Shown here piece by piece: positions 36,626 to 48,939 of a DNA stretch of 64,000 bases. A program made the translations under genes and the position numbers. The DNA is taken from the NCBI RefSeq assembly GCF_006345805.1, contig NC_043004.1, positions 105,772,001 through 105,836,000 of the forward strand. The letters are read 5' to 3'. The notes beneath the pieces are model-generated. The model had not been told where the DNA came from. It searched no databases and saw only the letters and a list, made by a program, of their open reading frames with translations. This DNA comes from Octopus sinensis. Lineage: Eukaryota. Numbering within the stretch: position 1 is the stretch's first letter; each line of letters starts with the position of its first letter.

Positions 36626-37857
36626 GTGTGTGCGTGCGTGTGTGTGTGTGTGTGTGTGTGCGGGCGTGTGTGTGAAAGCATGTGGCGCTGTGGTTAGGCA
36701 TATTGCACTCACAAACTTGAGATCACGGTTTCAATTCCCAGATTGGTTGTGCATTTTGTTATTGAGCAAAACACTTCGTTTCCCATTGCTCCAGTTCACT
36801 CAGCTATGAACGGGTAACCCTGTGACAAAGTGGCTTTTTGATTAGGGGCATTGTTGGCTTGCTCACCTCACTGGTAGGGCACCATCATTCAACCCATGCT
36901 AGCATGGAAAACGGACGTTAAACGATGATGATGATGATATATATATATATATATATATATATGAGAAATAATTCAGATTTAGTTGAATTAGGTACTTAAA
37001 TTGAGGTACCAAGTCAATTGAAGTAAGATGAATAACAAGGATGTCAATGTATTAGTGCATTACGGCCGTTTCAGGCAGCTCCATTTAATCTATCAATGCA
37101 AGCAATACATCAATTTAAAATACACTGCCTCCCTTGGATGCATAAGACCATATAGGTTTTCAACATACAGGATACTCCATTATAATTTTTTAGTAAATTT
37201 TTCATCAGAGCTAGAGACTAAAAGAATTATATGCCTGTTGTTATTGTAGCATACATATATTAATGAATGACAAGAGAACAGAAGTTACAAAATCAACTTC
37301 ATTAGCTTATGGATGTTTCTGCTATAGGAAGCAGTGCACTGAGAGCTGAATGCTTCTTCAAAGCCATTAAAATAGCTATGAAAGAGACACTTTGTGATTG
37401 CTGGACCATTTACTCTTTACTATTGCCTTAATTTGACCAACTGCTGTTCTCTTGTCATTCATTAATGAATTTTTCACTCTGTACTCATTTAACACTTTAC
37501 TCTAAAGCATAAATATATTGAATTCTAACAACTGGTCATAAATATCACTATGCTTAAGTGAAATCATAACACTCACTTAAACACACACACACACAAATAT
37601 ATAGATGTGCATGTGTGTATATATGTACTTATGAATTTGACATACTACACCCATCTAGAAAAAACCAGGGTTTGTGTCAAAATGATAGCCACTGGATAGT
37701 TGTAGTTAGAAATCAATAAAATAAATACAAAATCGAGACAAGTGTTGGGTTCAGTGCGAACAGCAAAAAAAAAAACCTTGAAGGTAATGACCCAGTGTTG
37801 GCTGCCATCCAATGACTGAAACCAACAAAAAGAACTCATACACACACACACACATGC

Positions 37858-37895
<38 letters not shown>

Positions 37896-38403
37896 TGAGA
37901 GAGAAGAGAGAGAGTGAGAAAGTGAGAGAGAAACATATACATATATGTATGTATATACACACACATTCATGTATGTATATATATACACACACACATACAT
38001 ATACATATATATCAATATATATATATATCATTATATATATCTATATATATATGTATGAATGTATATATGTATGTATAAATAATGATATATATATATATGT
38101 ATATGTAAATGCATATGTATGTGTATATATGTTTGAGTGTGTGTGTGTGTGTGTGTGTGTTCCAGTTGTGTGTGTTTGGATATTTCTACTCCCACACACA
38201 CAGACAGCAGACATCTTTTTTTTTTCCAATCACGATGTCCAATACATCTACCCCATTCATACCCAGGAGTTAGATAATCAGTACAACACCAACCTATCTA
38301 CCCTCGACCCACTGCAGTTCTGGGTACTTTGACAGCCAACACAAAACAACACTTTAAGATGTAAAGGAAACTGAGAGGTGAAAGGTCAATGTGTAATTTG
38401 GGC

Positions 38404-38417
38404 GTTGGCATGGTAAC
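38404..38417. promoter_or_regulatory. RFX X-box-like motif
   Basis: GTTGGCATGGTAAC, 12/14 to the consensus, in unique sequence. Confidence 0.25.
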
Positions 38418-38867
38418 CTGCTTGTCCTGCTCGGTGGACCAATAAAACTGAATGAGAGCATTGATCTTGATGAAATAATGGGATGTACTGTTAGATATGT
38501 CTGTGTGTCTCTGAATCGGTCAATGTTTGTTTTGGTATACTTGTGAGACTGTATGTAGCTACAATCGTTGAGTGTGTAGCCGTGTGTTTGTTTTAACTAC
38601 ACATCTGTTTATGCATGTGTGTATGCATATGTTTATTTAAGTGTGTATGTTTATGTTTCTATATGTATGCGTATCTGTGTGTTTGTTTAAAGCATGTGTA
38701 TGCATGTATGTATTGATGTCAATGTATATTTGCATTTGCTTTGTGTATGTGCATGCGTGTATGTGTGTGTGTGTGCATTCATGCAGGGAGTGGGGTGTCT
38801 GTGTACTTTTCTTTTAGTGTCTTTGTGTGCGAGGGAGTATACATATTTGGATACATACATAGGTACA

Positions 38868-38899
<32 letters not shown>

Positions 38900-39578
38900 C
38901 ACACACACACACATACATACATACACACACACATGCGTGTATATTAGCACGTGTGCATTTACAAGTATGGAGTATGTTTGCATGTGTGCATGTGTGTGTA
39001 TAAGAGAGAGAAAGAAAGTCGGAGACAGAGAGACAAACAGACAGACAGTGAATGTGTCTGTGTTTATGTATGTGCCCTTTGGGGGTGGGCATGTTTAAGG
39101 ATGTGTGTATATGTATGTGGCTGTGAGTATATATGTTTAGGAATGTGGAGGTATGTATATATGTTTGGGTGTGGTTAGCTGCGTGTGTTATTTTAGCATG
39201 TATGTTTATATGTGCGTATTTGGATGTATTTCAGTGCATATGTGTGCATGCACGTGTATGTGTGTGCATGTTTCTATAGGCATATCTGTGTATTCCTGTA
39301 TCTTTGAGCTTGCATTTGTGTATACGTGTGTGTGTGTGTGAATATATACAAGAATCAGTACATATGTACTTGGATGTGTAATTTTCTTTGTTTCTGATGT
39401 GGGTGGAGATGTACGTGGTATACGCTTGTATGTGAGTGTATCTGAAGGTTTGTGTTTAGTCTGCGTGTATAGATGTGTATGAGTAACTGTAAGTGCTATA
39501 GAGGGATGAATATTTGAGACTATATAAGCTAGCAAATTGCATAGATATCAATATATGTATATATATATATATATATAT

Positions 39579-39667
<89 letters not shown>

Positions 39668-39672
39668 AAGAA

Positions 39673-39715
<43 letters not shown>

Positions 39716-40049
39716 TAGATAGATGATGGCTTTCTGCAGAGCATTCATCTGCTAAGTTCCACATAAAAATGTCCATTGTGATATTTGCTCAGAATCATGT
39801 TGCAAACACTCCCTTGCCCACTCTTATTGTCAGAAATGTATGATGTGGTGAACAAACGCTTGGTCTGCTAGACACCTGTAACCAATGATATAACTGTTCA
39901 AAAATTGTGACTTAAACTTTAAAAAATAAGTGAAAGAATTAGGGTTCTTAACCTTTTCTCTTTTTTCTTTGAAATTCTTGTGAATTTTGAAATACCTTGG
40001 ATAATTGTCTGAAACAAAGATATCTTATACAACTAAATATATTTAGGCA

Positions 40050-40490
40050 CATGTGTGGCTCTGTGGTAGGTTTGCTTCCCAGCCACATGGTTCCAAGTTC
40101 ACTTTCACTGAGTAGCATCTTGGGCAAATGTCTTCTTTGATAGCCTTGGGCTAACCAAAGACTTGTGGGTGAATTTGGTTGACAGAAACTGAAAGAAAGC
40201 TGTCATATGCATATGTATGTATGTGTATATCATCATCATTGTCATCATAGTTGTCATCATTGTTATCATCATCATTTAACGCCTGGTGTGTATGTGTTTG
40301 TTCCCCATCACTTGACAACTGGTATTGGTGTGTTTACATCCCCAAACTTAGTGGTTCAACAAAAGAGACTGGTAGAATAAGCACCGTGCTTTAAAAAAAA
40401 ATAAGCATTGGGATCGATTCATTTGACTAAAAATTCTTAAAGGCAGTGCTCCAGCATGGCCGCAGTCTAATGACTGAAACAAGTAAAAGG
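40050..40490 (+). mobile_element. SINE family B, diverged, near full length
   Basis: Head TGGCTCTGTGG through tail GACTGAAACAAGTAAAAG. Confidence 0.75.
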
Positions 40491-40605
40491 TAGAAATCAT
40501 AGAAGATACATTCAGTATGGAATGAAATGCAGAATTTTATTTTGTTTTTTTTTGTTCTTGTCTTTTATTCCTAATTCAATGACTCTAAGGCAAAGGGTTA
40601 CTCAC

Positions 40606-40635
40606 CTGACCTTCTTAGGTCCCCTGTGATCTCAC
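40606..40635 (-). other. Candidate 30-nt microexon
   Basis: 92-nt AG-free zone, CTAAC branch motif, CACAG| acceptor and CAG|GTGAGT donor; open only as a phase-1 exon (EITGDLRRS). Unverified. Confidence 0.3.
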
Positions 40636-40778
40636 CTGTGAGGTGAAATCAACATGGTTAATGTAGTGTATTGAATAGTTAGAAGTTAACATGTGTAGAG
40701 CAGAAGAATAGCATGAACATGGAATTGAACTTCTCAGTAGATCACAGAATCATTAGAATCTCTCAGCAGATTCTTTAA

Positions 40779-41160
40779 CCTGTTAGCATTTGGATTACTC
40801 TGACAAATGTATTTACTCTGTGTGTGTGTGTGTGTGTGTGTTGTGTGTGTGTGTGTGTGTGTGTGTTGTGTATGTGTGTGTGTGTTGATAGACAGATTGA
40901 TAGATAGGTAGATAGATAGACAGACAGACCTAAATAGATTGAAGGACATAGACAGACAGATAGATAGATGAGTATGTATAATACATATATAAGTGTATAT
41001 TTATTTCCTTCACACAGTTTTTAATTAATCACGCATTATCTTGTAGCTTCAAGATATCAATGATGCATAAATATTTAAAACAACATTGTAGGGTAGGTGT
41101 GAGAGGCCAGCATAAAAAAAAGGATATTTGGGCCTGATGATCATTTTATATGCTAAAGGG
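40779..41160. mobile_element. TTAA-associated MITE (second family) with internal microsatellites
   Basis: Ends CCTGTTAGCATT / TGCTAAAGGG; partial copy in the opposite orientation at 61396-61520. Confidence 0.6.
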
Positions 41161-42325
41161 TTCCATGAATCCCACATTAGGAACGGCTGATTGTTATTGT
41201 TGTTGCTTATCCACAGGTCAGTTTTGATCAAGTATTGACAATTGACAAGTCCCTTGGGGGTTATTGCGGCATTGCCACCATGCAGCGTATCTAGAGTGAG
41301 AAAGCCTAGCAGAGCCCATCCCTCCCCAGGCTTAACTCATTTCTACAGTTGAGTGGACTGGGAGCAATGTGAAATGAAGTGTTTTGCTCAAGAACTCAAT
41401 GCACAACCTGGTCCAGGAATTGAAACCACAACCTTACAAACAAGAGTCCAACACTCTAACCACTAAACAACGTGCCTCCTATGATCAACTATACTAATAG
41501 TTAGAGGTGTTCCAGCCACAATGATCCTGTAATTTGTTTTTAGACATAGTGAACGTAGAACAACATCATATAGTGTGTCTTGTTTTAATTTTTTTAACAT
41601 GTTTAAGTTGTGATCTGAGGTTGATTTGGCTACTATTACTAGCAGGCCCAACAAGCACGTAAATGCTCTCTAATACACTCTTATTTTGATTGGAATATTT
41701 AATAAAAATGACTCTATGTGACATTTGCTTAAGAATACATGAAAATTGAGTTAATGGAAATTTATTTAGGAAGAGAAGAGATCTAGAGGAGATGACACAT
41801 CACTGGAACATGTCAAAGTTGTTGGAATAAAATCTTGGAAGAGATTGGTTGATAAGATACAGTGAAAAAGAATCCATCAGATCCAAAGATTAGCTTCAGT
41901 TAAGATCCACAGTTTAAGAATGCTGCAATGAAGTTTGCATGCCATACTTTGTCTCATAGATCAGGTTTTATCAAGATTTCTGGTTTTTCTTAGACTACCG
42001 TGTATCTTTAAATATTAATCTATACATACAGTACATACATACATGCATACATACATACATAGATACATACATACATACAGAAATATATGCATATATATAT
42101 ATCATCATCATTGTTTAACATCTATTTTCCATGCTGGCACAGGCTGGACAGTTTGAAAGGAGCTGGCCCACTGCAGAGCTGTCCAGGCCCCAATTGTCTG
42201 TTTTGGCATGGTTTCTATGGCTGGATGCCCTTCCTAACACCAGCCACCTTATAGAATGTGCTGGGTACCTTGTACACGTTTTTGGTACGGATGCATTTAT
42301 GTGGTACCAGCATGGTTACATTATA

Positions 42326-42790
42326 TTGGATCATCCCATAAATAATGTGGGTTTTTATAGTTCTTTTATTTTTCAAATTTAAGATAAACAAAGTTCTTTT
42401 TTAATCTAAAATATGCTCTCCTTCATTTTCTAGAATGCTCTTCCATTAAATCTGGTAGACTTGCAAGGCCCCTCTTTCAAATTTCACTTGTCCATGACAA
42501 AAAATACTCCTCCAGTTCTGTTCTGACCTCACCTACAGAATTCATATTTTTTCCATCCAAATGATTTTGAAGACTGCGGAATAAATGATAATCAGATGGG
42601 GCAATGTCCAGCAAACAAAGTGGGTGGGACATCGTTTCCCATTAACACTACTCCAGCCTTTGGAATGTCATTCCCACTATATGTGGCCAAGCATAATCCT
42701 GATGGAAGAACACCTTTCATCTTGAAACCAAATATGGTCATTTTCTGATGGCATGCAGGTGTCAATGAATGGTTGAATGACTAAATCCAA
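42326..42790 (-). mobile_element. Mariner relic: 3' TIR plus catalytic C-terminus, internally deleted
   Basis: VFFHQDYAWPH, HPLCLLDIAPSDYHLFRSLQNHLDGK and WKSILENEGEHILD*; TIR TTGGATCATCCCATAAATAATG next to TA, matching the TIR at 55769. Confidence 0.9.
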
Positions 42791-43374
42791 GAAATTAGAA
42801 TGACAAAGGAATAAAAAGTTTTTTCATGAACTTACAGTCGTTTCTGCTATATGATGCAATGCACTAATTGGTGAATGCTTGTGTATCACCCAGTAGCTTG
42901 ATCAAAGCTTCAAACATGAAGTGCAATTTTATTTAGGAAAACCATTACCTTGCATCACATAACAAAAACAGCTGCAAGCCAATGAAGTTCGTGACATATT
43001 TTTTTTTATTCTTTTCTCATCCTATTTTCTTATATATAAATATATAATTTTAATTTCTATCTTTTCCATGCTAGCATGGTCTAAACATGACTTCACTGAG
43101 ACTGTTTTTATAGAGCTGGATACCCTTCTTGTCACCAACATATACTTGTCACCAAGTAAGGTACTTATTTCCTTGCTCTTGTAAATAATGAACTGCCTAA
43201 ACAGCTGGACGTATCTATGTGGCAGATGTAAACAATGTCAAAACACAACCAGGAAGACACAGATGCACACATGTACATACACACAAACTCATGCATACAC
43301 ACGTGCACACACTGAGACACACATGCACACACAAACATATGTTTGTGCATGTGTGTGTGTATATATATATATTC

Positions 43375-43583
43375 AAAATGTGACTGCGTGTGTACCGTTG
43401 GTGATGTTTTGTTCCTCCATCTTCCCTTCTATGGATCTTTCCTTTTCCTATGTTTCTGACAAAGAGCTCCGCTCGAAACATTAAACTCTCCTTCTTTCCT
43501 CCTTTCCTGAGCGTCCAATAATACTATACTTGTTCCACGTCCTCGCGTTGTTGTGTTTTCTCTTTGTGTTTTCATGTTTGGAT

Positions 43584-43587
<4 letters not shown>
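43375..43587 (+). mobile_element. (TA)n-flanked repeat with a degenerate minimal hammerhead (probable Penelope-like terminus)
   Basis: GTTT-CTGAC(A)A-A-GAGC-TCC-GCTC-GAA-AC(A)T-T-AAAC at 43452-43486. Confidence 0.55.
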
Positions 43588-43635
<48 letters not shown>

Positions 43636-43917
43636 TACATATATCGTCAGTAAATCATAAATTTGAAAGAGAAGCACAGTCTAAGTTATAGAAGAATAGA
43701 GTATTTAGATAAAGATAGTCATGGCCAGTCTTAACCCTTCTCCTTTGTCTGTGTGTTCATCAACTTGCAATGAGGTCTTTTCTCTTTTTACTTTCAAGAG
43801 AGACTACAGGTCGCTGTCCATTAGGGTCTGACGAGACGTTGTAAAGCTAAATACTTTATGGACATGAAATTGGGTATAACTATCTTTAACTAAATATAGA
43901 CTGGTAGCCACTACACA

Positions 43918-44078
43918 TTCTTTATTTTCTCTCCTTGTTTTTTTTCTGTCTTCGTTTCTGTGGAAGAGCATAGGCTCGAAATGTTAAAGACTTTTTCACT
44001 TCCCAAGCGTTATACTAATACATCTGTTTGTTGTCTACACCACCTGTCTTCGTCTTTTGTTTTTTTGTGAATTCTCCC
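43918..44078 (+). mobile_element. Related repeat with a degenerate minimal hammerhead
   Basis: GTTT-CTG(T)GGA-A-GAGC-ATAG-GCTC-GAA-A(T)GT-T-AAAG at 43954-43989, followed by (TA)n. Confidence 0.5.
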
Positions 44079-44133
44079 TATATATATGTATGTATATATA
44101 TTATCTGAAAAGTATAGTATTAAATATCTGTCA

Positions 44134-44228
44134 CAGCTGATCTTACCAACTGGTTTCGCATAAGGAATATAATGAAGTGTTAGGTAACAATTGGATTATA
44201 TAACTTTATGCACATCAGAGTTAGCCAA
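44134..44228 (-). ncRNA. Type I hammerhead-like motif (left arm): good stems, A9U core change
   Basis: CTGATGT core, stem II GCATAAAG/CCTTATGC (7/8), CGAAA, ACCAGTTGGT-A; stem I is AG/CT, an internal loop, then AGCTG/TGGCT. Confidence 0.6.
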
Positions 44229-44274
44229 TATGGAAGGGAATTTGGCGACTACAGTCACCATATTCCCTTCCATA

Positions 44275-44369
44275 TCAGCTAACTCTGATGAGCATAAAGT
44301 CATATAATCAGATTGTTACCTAACACTTCATTATATTCTTTACATGAAACCAATTGGTAAAATAAGTCA
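44275..44369 (+). ncRNA. Type I hammerhead-like motif (right arm): intact core, eroded stems
   Basis: CTGATGA 44285-44291, long stem II, GAAA 44346-44349, perfect helix III palindrome ACCAATTGGT 44349-44358, GUA site cleaving after 44359. Confidence 0.65.
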
Positions 44370-44479
44370 TGATGGATATATAATATTATACATTTTGGAT
44401 AATATACCCACTCTACTGATAGATATACAAGTGCATCTTTTCTCTGACTTATGGTCTCTTAGACGACTCATGCACATAG

Positions 44480-44510
<31 letters not shown>

Positions 44511-44973
44511 ATAGACTTCCATTGACCAATTTTGCCCACAAGACATTGGTTAGCTTTGAGCTATGATAGAAAACATTTATGCATGATTAGAAACAAGAGT
44601 CACCATTCATGCAAATGGTATCGTTTTGGTTAAAATACTTCCCAACAGCATGTGCAAGCTATTCAATATTCAAAATACTTGAAGAAATATTATTTTTAGT
44701 ATCAAGTGAGGGTTGGTGACAGGATGAGCATTGGGTTGTCCAAAACAAATCTGCCTCAGCCAAATTTTGTTTGACCTATGGAAGCAGGGAAAAGTAGGCA
44801 CTAAAATAATGATGATCATGATGTGTGTGTGTGCATGTGCTCATGTATGTATGTATGTGTGCATGCTCTTGTGTGTATGTGCATGCACACATGTGTGCAT
44901 GTGTATGTACACAAGTAACTTAAGAAAATTCTTGTAAGTTTCTTTGCTAAATGATTAAATTTTTAAAATACAA

Positions 44974-45009
<36 letters not shown>

Positions 45010-45029
45010 GCACATATATATATATATTA

Positions 45030-45290
45030 GTCATGGCAGATCCTGGTGTCACACAACTAGCACCCATGCCAGTGGCACGTAAAAGCTCCCATTACACTCT
45101 GTAAAGTGGTTGGTGTTAGGAAGGGCATCCAACCATAGAAACCATGCCAAATCAGACTGGAGTCTGGTGCAGCCCCTCAGTTTAACAGCCCTGGTCAAAC
45201 CGTCCAACCCATGCCAGCATGGACAACGGATGTTAAATGACGATGACGGTGATGATGATGATGATGATGATGATGATGAGGAGGAGGAGG
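45030..45290 (+). mobile_element. RTE 3' UTR fragment
   Basis: Diagnostic UTR blocks and (GAT)n tail. Confidence 0.8.
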
Positions 45291-45435
45291 AGGAGGAGGA
45301 GGATGATATATAAATATATATATATATGTTTTGTAAAACATGCATTTCATATTTACAAGTGCAAATTACCCATCAATTTGCATATTTGCTTCAGCATGCA
45401 TACATGAGTATGTTTACGTTTGCATACATGAGCAA

Positions 45436-45487
<52 letters not shown>

Positions 45488-45679
45488 TGTGTTTTTATGC
45501 ATGCACATGCATGTGTATGTGTATATATGCATGTGTGTGTGTGTGTATGTGAGTGTGATTGTGTATATATTTCTACCTTAATAGTATATAGCCCACACGT
45601 CTTATCTTACAAACCTGATATACTTAAATGCACATTTACTTCCTATCTGTGCCAAGTATGTCTCTTGTGTTTGTTTTTA

Positions 45680-46972
45680 TTAGCCTCTATCATCTCACCA
45701 CCACCATCTTCATCCTCGCCATCACCACAATTACTACTACCACCACCACTACCACTACCACCACCACCACCACTACCATCTCTGCGAACATCAACACCAC
45801 TACTACCACGAACACTGCACTAACATCCATTCCACCATGACCCCCACCACCATATTCTTCAACCAGTTTCACTACCTCCCACCACCCAAAAATCAACATC
45901 TCCTCCCCCACCACCTTCGTGACCAAGACCTAACACTATCATTATTGGTACTGCCACTACCATCACCACCACCACCATCTCCACTACCACCTTTACTAAG
46001 ACCAACATTACCATCCAGATCAGTATTGCTACCGTTACTATGACTACTAAGACTACCACCACCACCACCATCACCACCACTACCACCACTACCACCACAA
46101 ACAGTAGCACCACCACAAATAACAACAACAACAACAACTTTATTAAGTCTAACATTATCATCAAGCTTAATATCCCACTACTGCTATACCTGCCAAGACC
46201 ACCACCACTACCACTACCACCTTTCCCAAGACCATCACCTCCACCACCACCACCATCACTACCACCACTGCACCATCACCATCACCACCAACAACAACAG
46301 CAACAAGCTCAAACATCTTAACTATCATCTTTATAAGGACCATCACTACTGTCCCCACCACCACCACCACCACCAGCAACAATAACAACAACAACAACAA
46401 CAAGACCAAATAGCTCCACTACCACCTCTTACTAAAGCCCTCACTACCACCAAGCTTACTCCACCCCCCCCCATCAACCACGCAAAGCTCTCAATATTCT
46501 CATCAGTGCTATAATCACCACCGCCACCAATAACAACAACAACACTACCAAATCCACCACCACCACCACCATCGCCACCACCACCACTTCCAAGACCACC
46601 AACAAGACCAGACGTTTCTACCAAAACCATCCCTGCCACCAACGAAGTTCAATATCACCATCACTGCTCTAACCACGACCCCCCATCACCATCACCCCCC
46701 CCCCCATCACCATCACCACGACTACCAAGATCAGTCATGGCTGATATGTACAGTTTTTCTGCTCCAGACTAAATCATTCCTCAATTATGTTCTGCAGTAC
46801 CATCAGTGCCAAGTACTCTGCTATTTGGGTTTCTACTGACACCACCACCACCACCACCACAACCATCACTACCACAACAACTACGGCAGCTATCATCACC
46901 ATCACCACTATCATCATCACCCCCCTCCGCTATCACCACTGCCAACAACAACAACAGCTACTACTACTACTA

Positions 46973-47013
<41 letters not shown>

Positions 47014-47290
47014 TACTACTACTACTACTATACTACTAGTGCTGCTGCTGCTACCGCTACTACTGCTGTTACCACTACTACCTACACTATCACTGTCGCC
47101 ATCACCATTACCACTACCACTAACACCACCAGCACCACCAGCACTACCACACCACATCACCACCACCACCACTACTGCTGCCTCTACTACCTCCATTGCC
47201 ACCACTGCTACCACCACCACCACCACCACACCATCACCATCACCACCACCACTACTACTGATTCACTCTTCACTTTCTCCTCACCCGACA
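45680..47290. repeat. 1.6-kb (ACC/ACT/CAT/AAC)n cryptic low-complexity block
   Basis: Extremely G-poor plus strand; produces T/P/H- and V-rich ORFs in several frames. Confidence 0.9.
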
Positions 47291-47964
47291 ATCCACTTCA
47301 GTAAAATGTCAGGGAGAGCCAACCCCAAGCGCTTTTAGAATTTGGTTGGGTTTTTGGGTTAAGGTTTGCGATTGGTTTCAGTTTGGGTTTATACTAACAA
47401 CACTGGTGCGCTACCAACAACATTAAAATGGCCAACACCTAGAGTTAAACATAAATAACATATTTATTTATACTGAAGCAAATTTGGGCAATGAAAACAT
47501 TTTATAGAAAATTATTTATTTATCTTAAGTATTTTTTTTTATTGCTCGTTAGTGTTTTATCTCTAATTTTTCATTACATTCTAAAATATTTTGTTTTTTG
47601 TACTTTAGTTTGCAAGATTCTTGATATGAACTTGTGCTGGGAAACAAATTTTGCTGTATGTTGGGAGGGTCATTGTGCCAATAATAAACATACATGCACT
47701 GGTTCTATTTCATTTCTTTTATTATTACCTCTACTACTACTAACCAATTAACTCATCATTTGTTTGATTAATCATTTGGTCAGTCAACCAATCAATTAGC
47801 TAGGTCTATCAAAATTTATCAGACAGGACTGTTACAGACATGTTACCGACATTCATGCAAGTGGCGTTTTTTATAACGGTGATTATCTAGAGTCCTTGCA
47901 TGTGGAACTGATTGTTACAATGTATTATCAATAACAGACTATATCATTAAAATTGGCATGTAAA

Positions 47965-48178
47965 CACACCCTGGTGTCATGCAAATGGTACCTGTGCTGG
48001 TGGTATGTAAAAGTACCCATTACACTCTCGGAGTGGTTGGCATTAGGAAGGGCATCCAGCTATAGAAAACTATGCCAAATCAGACTGGAGCCTGGTGCAG
48101 CCTTCCAACATGCCAGCCCACTCAAACTGTCCAACCCATTCCAGCATGGACAATGAACGTTAAATGATGATGACAATT
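47965..48178 (+). mobile_element. RTE 3' UTR fragment
   Basis: Diagnostic UTR blocks. Confidence 0.8.
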
Positions 48179-48180
48179 GA

Positions 48181-48247
<67 letters not shown>

Positions 48248-48418
48248 GTAATATGTGACGATTATTTGGTAGCCATGATAAAACTCCGAGTTTTGGATGT
48301 CAGGGTAGAAATCCATGCCACCATCTCTTCAGTTATCCAGCCATCGGAAAAAATGCTATCTGCACGTATCATAACCTCACCTAAATGCCCAGTATAACAC
48401 ACACTCACACACACACAT

Positions 48419-48453
<35 letters not shown>

Positions 48454-48454
48454 G

Positions 48455-48900
48455 GCACAGGCATTACTGTGTGGCTAAGAAGTTTGCTTTTAAACCATGC
48501 ATTTTGGGGTTCAGTTCCACAACATGGCACCCTAGACAAGTTTCTTTTACTGAAGCCAGGCAAAGACTTGTGAGTAGATTTGGTAGATAGAAACTGAAAG
48601 AAGCCTGTTGCATATGTGTGTGTGTGTGTGTGTGTGTGTTTATGTCTCCTTGCCTTGACAGCACACAATACTTGTTAATGTGTGTCAAAGTCATATAAGT
48701 GGTACCATTTGTTTCCAGTTTACCATGGACACTTGTTTAGCCATTGGGAAACATTAACTTGCTGGGAAACAAATAAAAGATAATGACATCTTGCTGGAGA
48801 AAGTCTGCCTCAACAAATTCCATCCAGCCCATAGAAGCATGGTAAAGTGAACATTAAAAATAATGATGATGATGATGATAACAATGATGATGACAACGAT
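48455..48900 (+). mobile_element. SINE with family B head and alternative tail ending (GAT)n
   Basis: Same composite at 52985-53450; tail-only copies at 9935-10150, 21810-22040, 33960-34130 and 54040-54260. Confidence 0.65.
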
Positions 48901-48939
48901 GATAGTTGTATATAGGCATACATATATTCAAGCCTTTAT

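Larger units (their letters stand above)
44097..44406. repeat. 310-bp gapless fold-back palindrome (154-bp arms, 25 mismatches)
   Basis: Position p pairs with 88503-p with no indels; central TACA loop; mismatches are mostly transitions. Confidence 0.95.
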
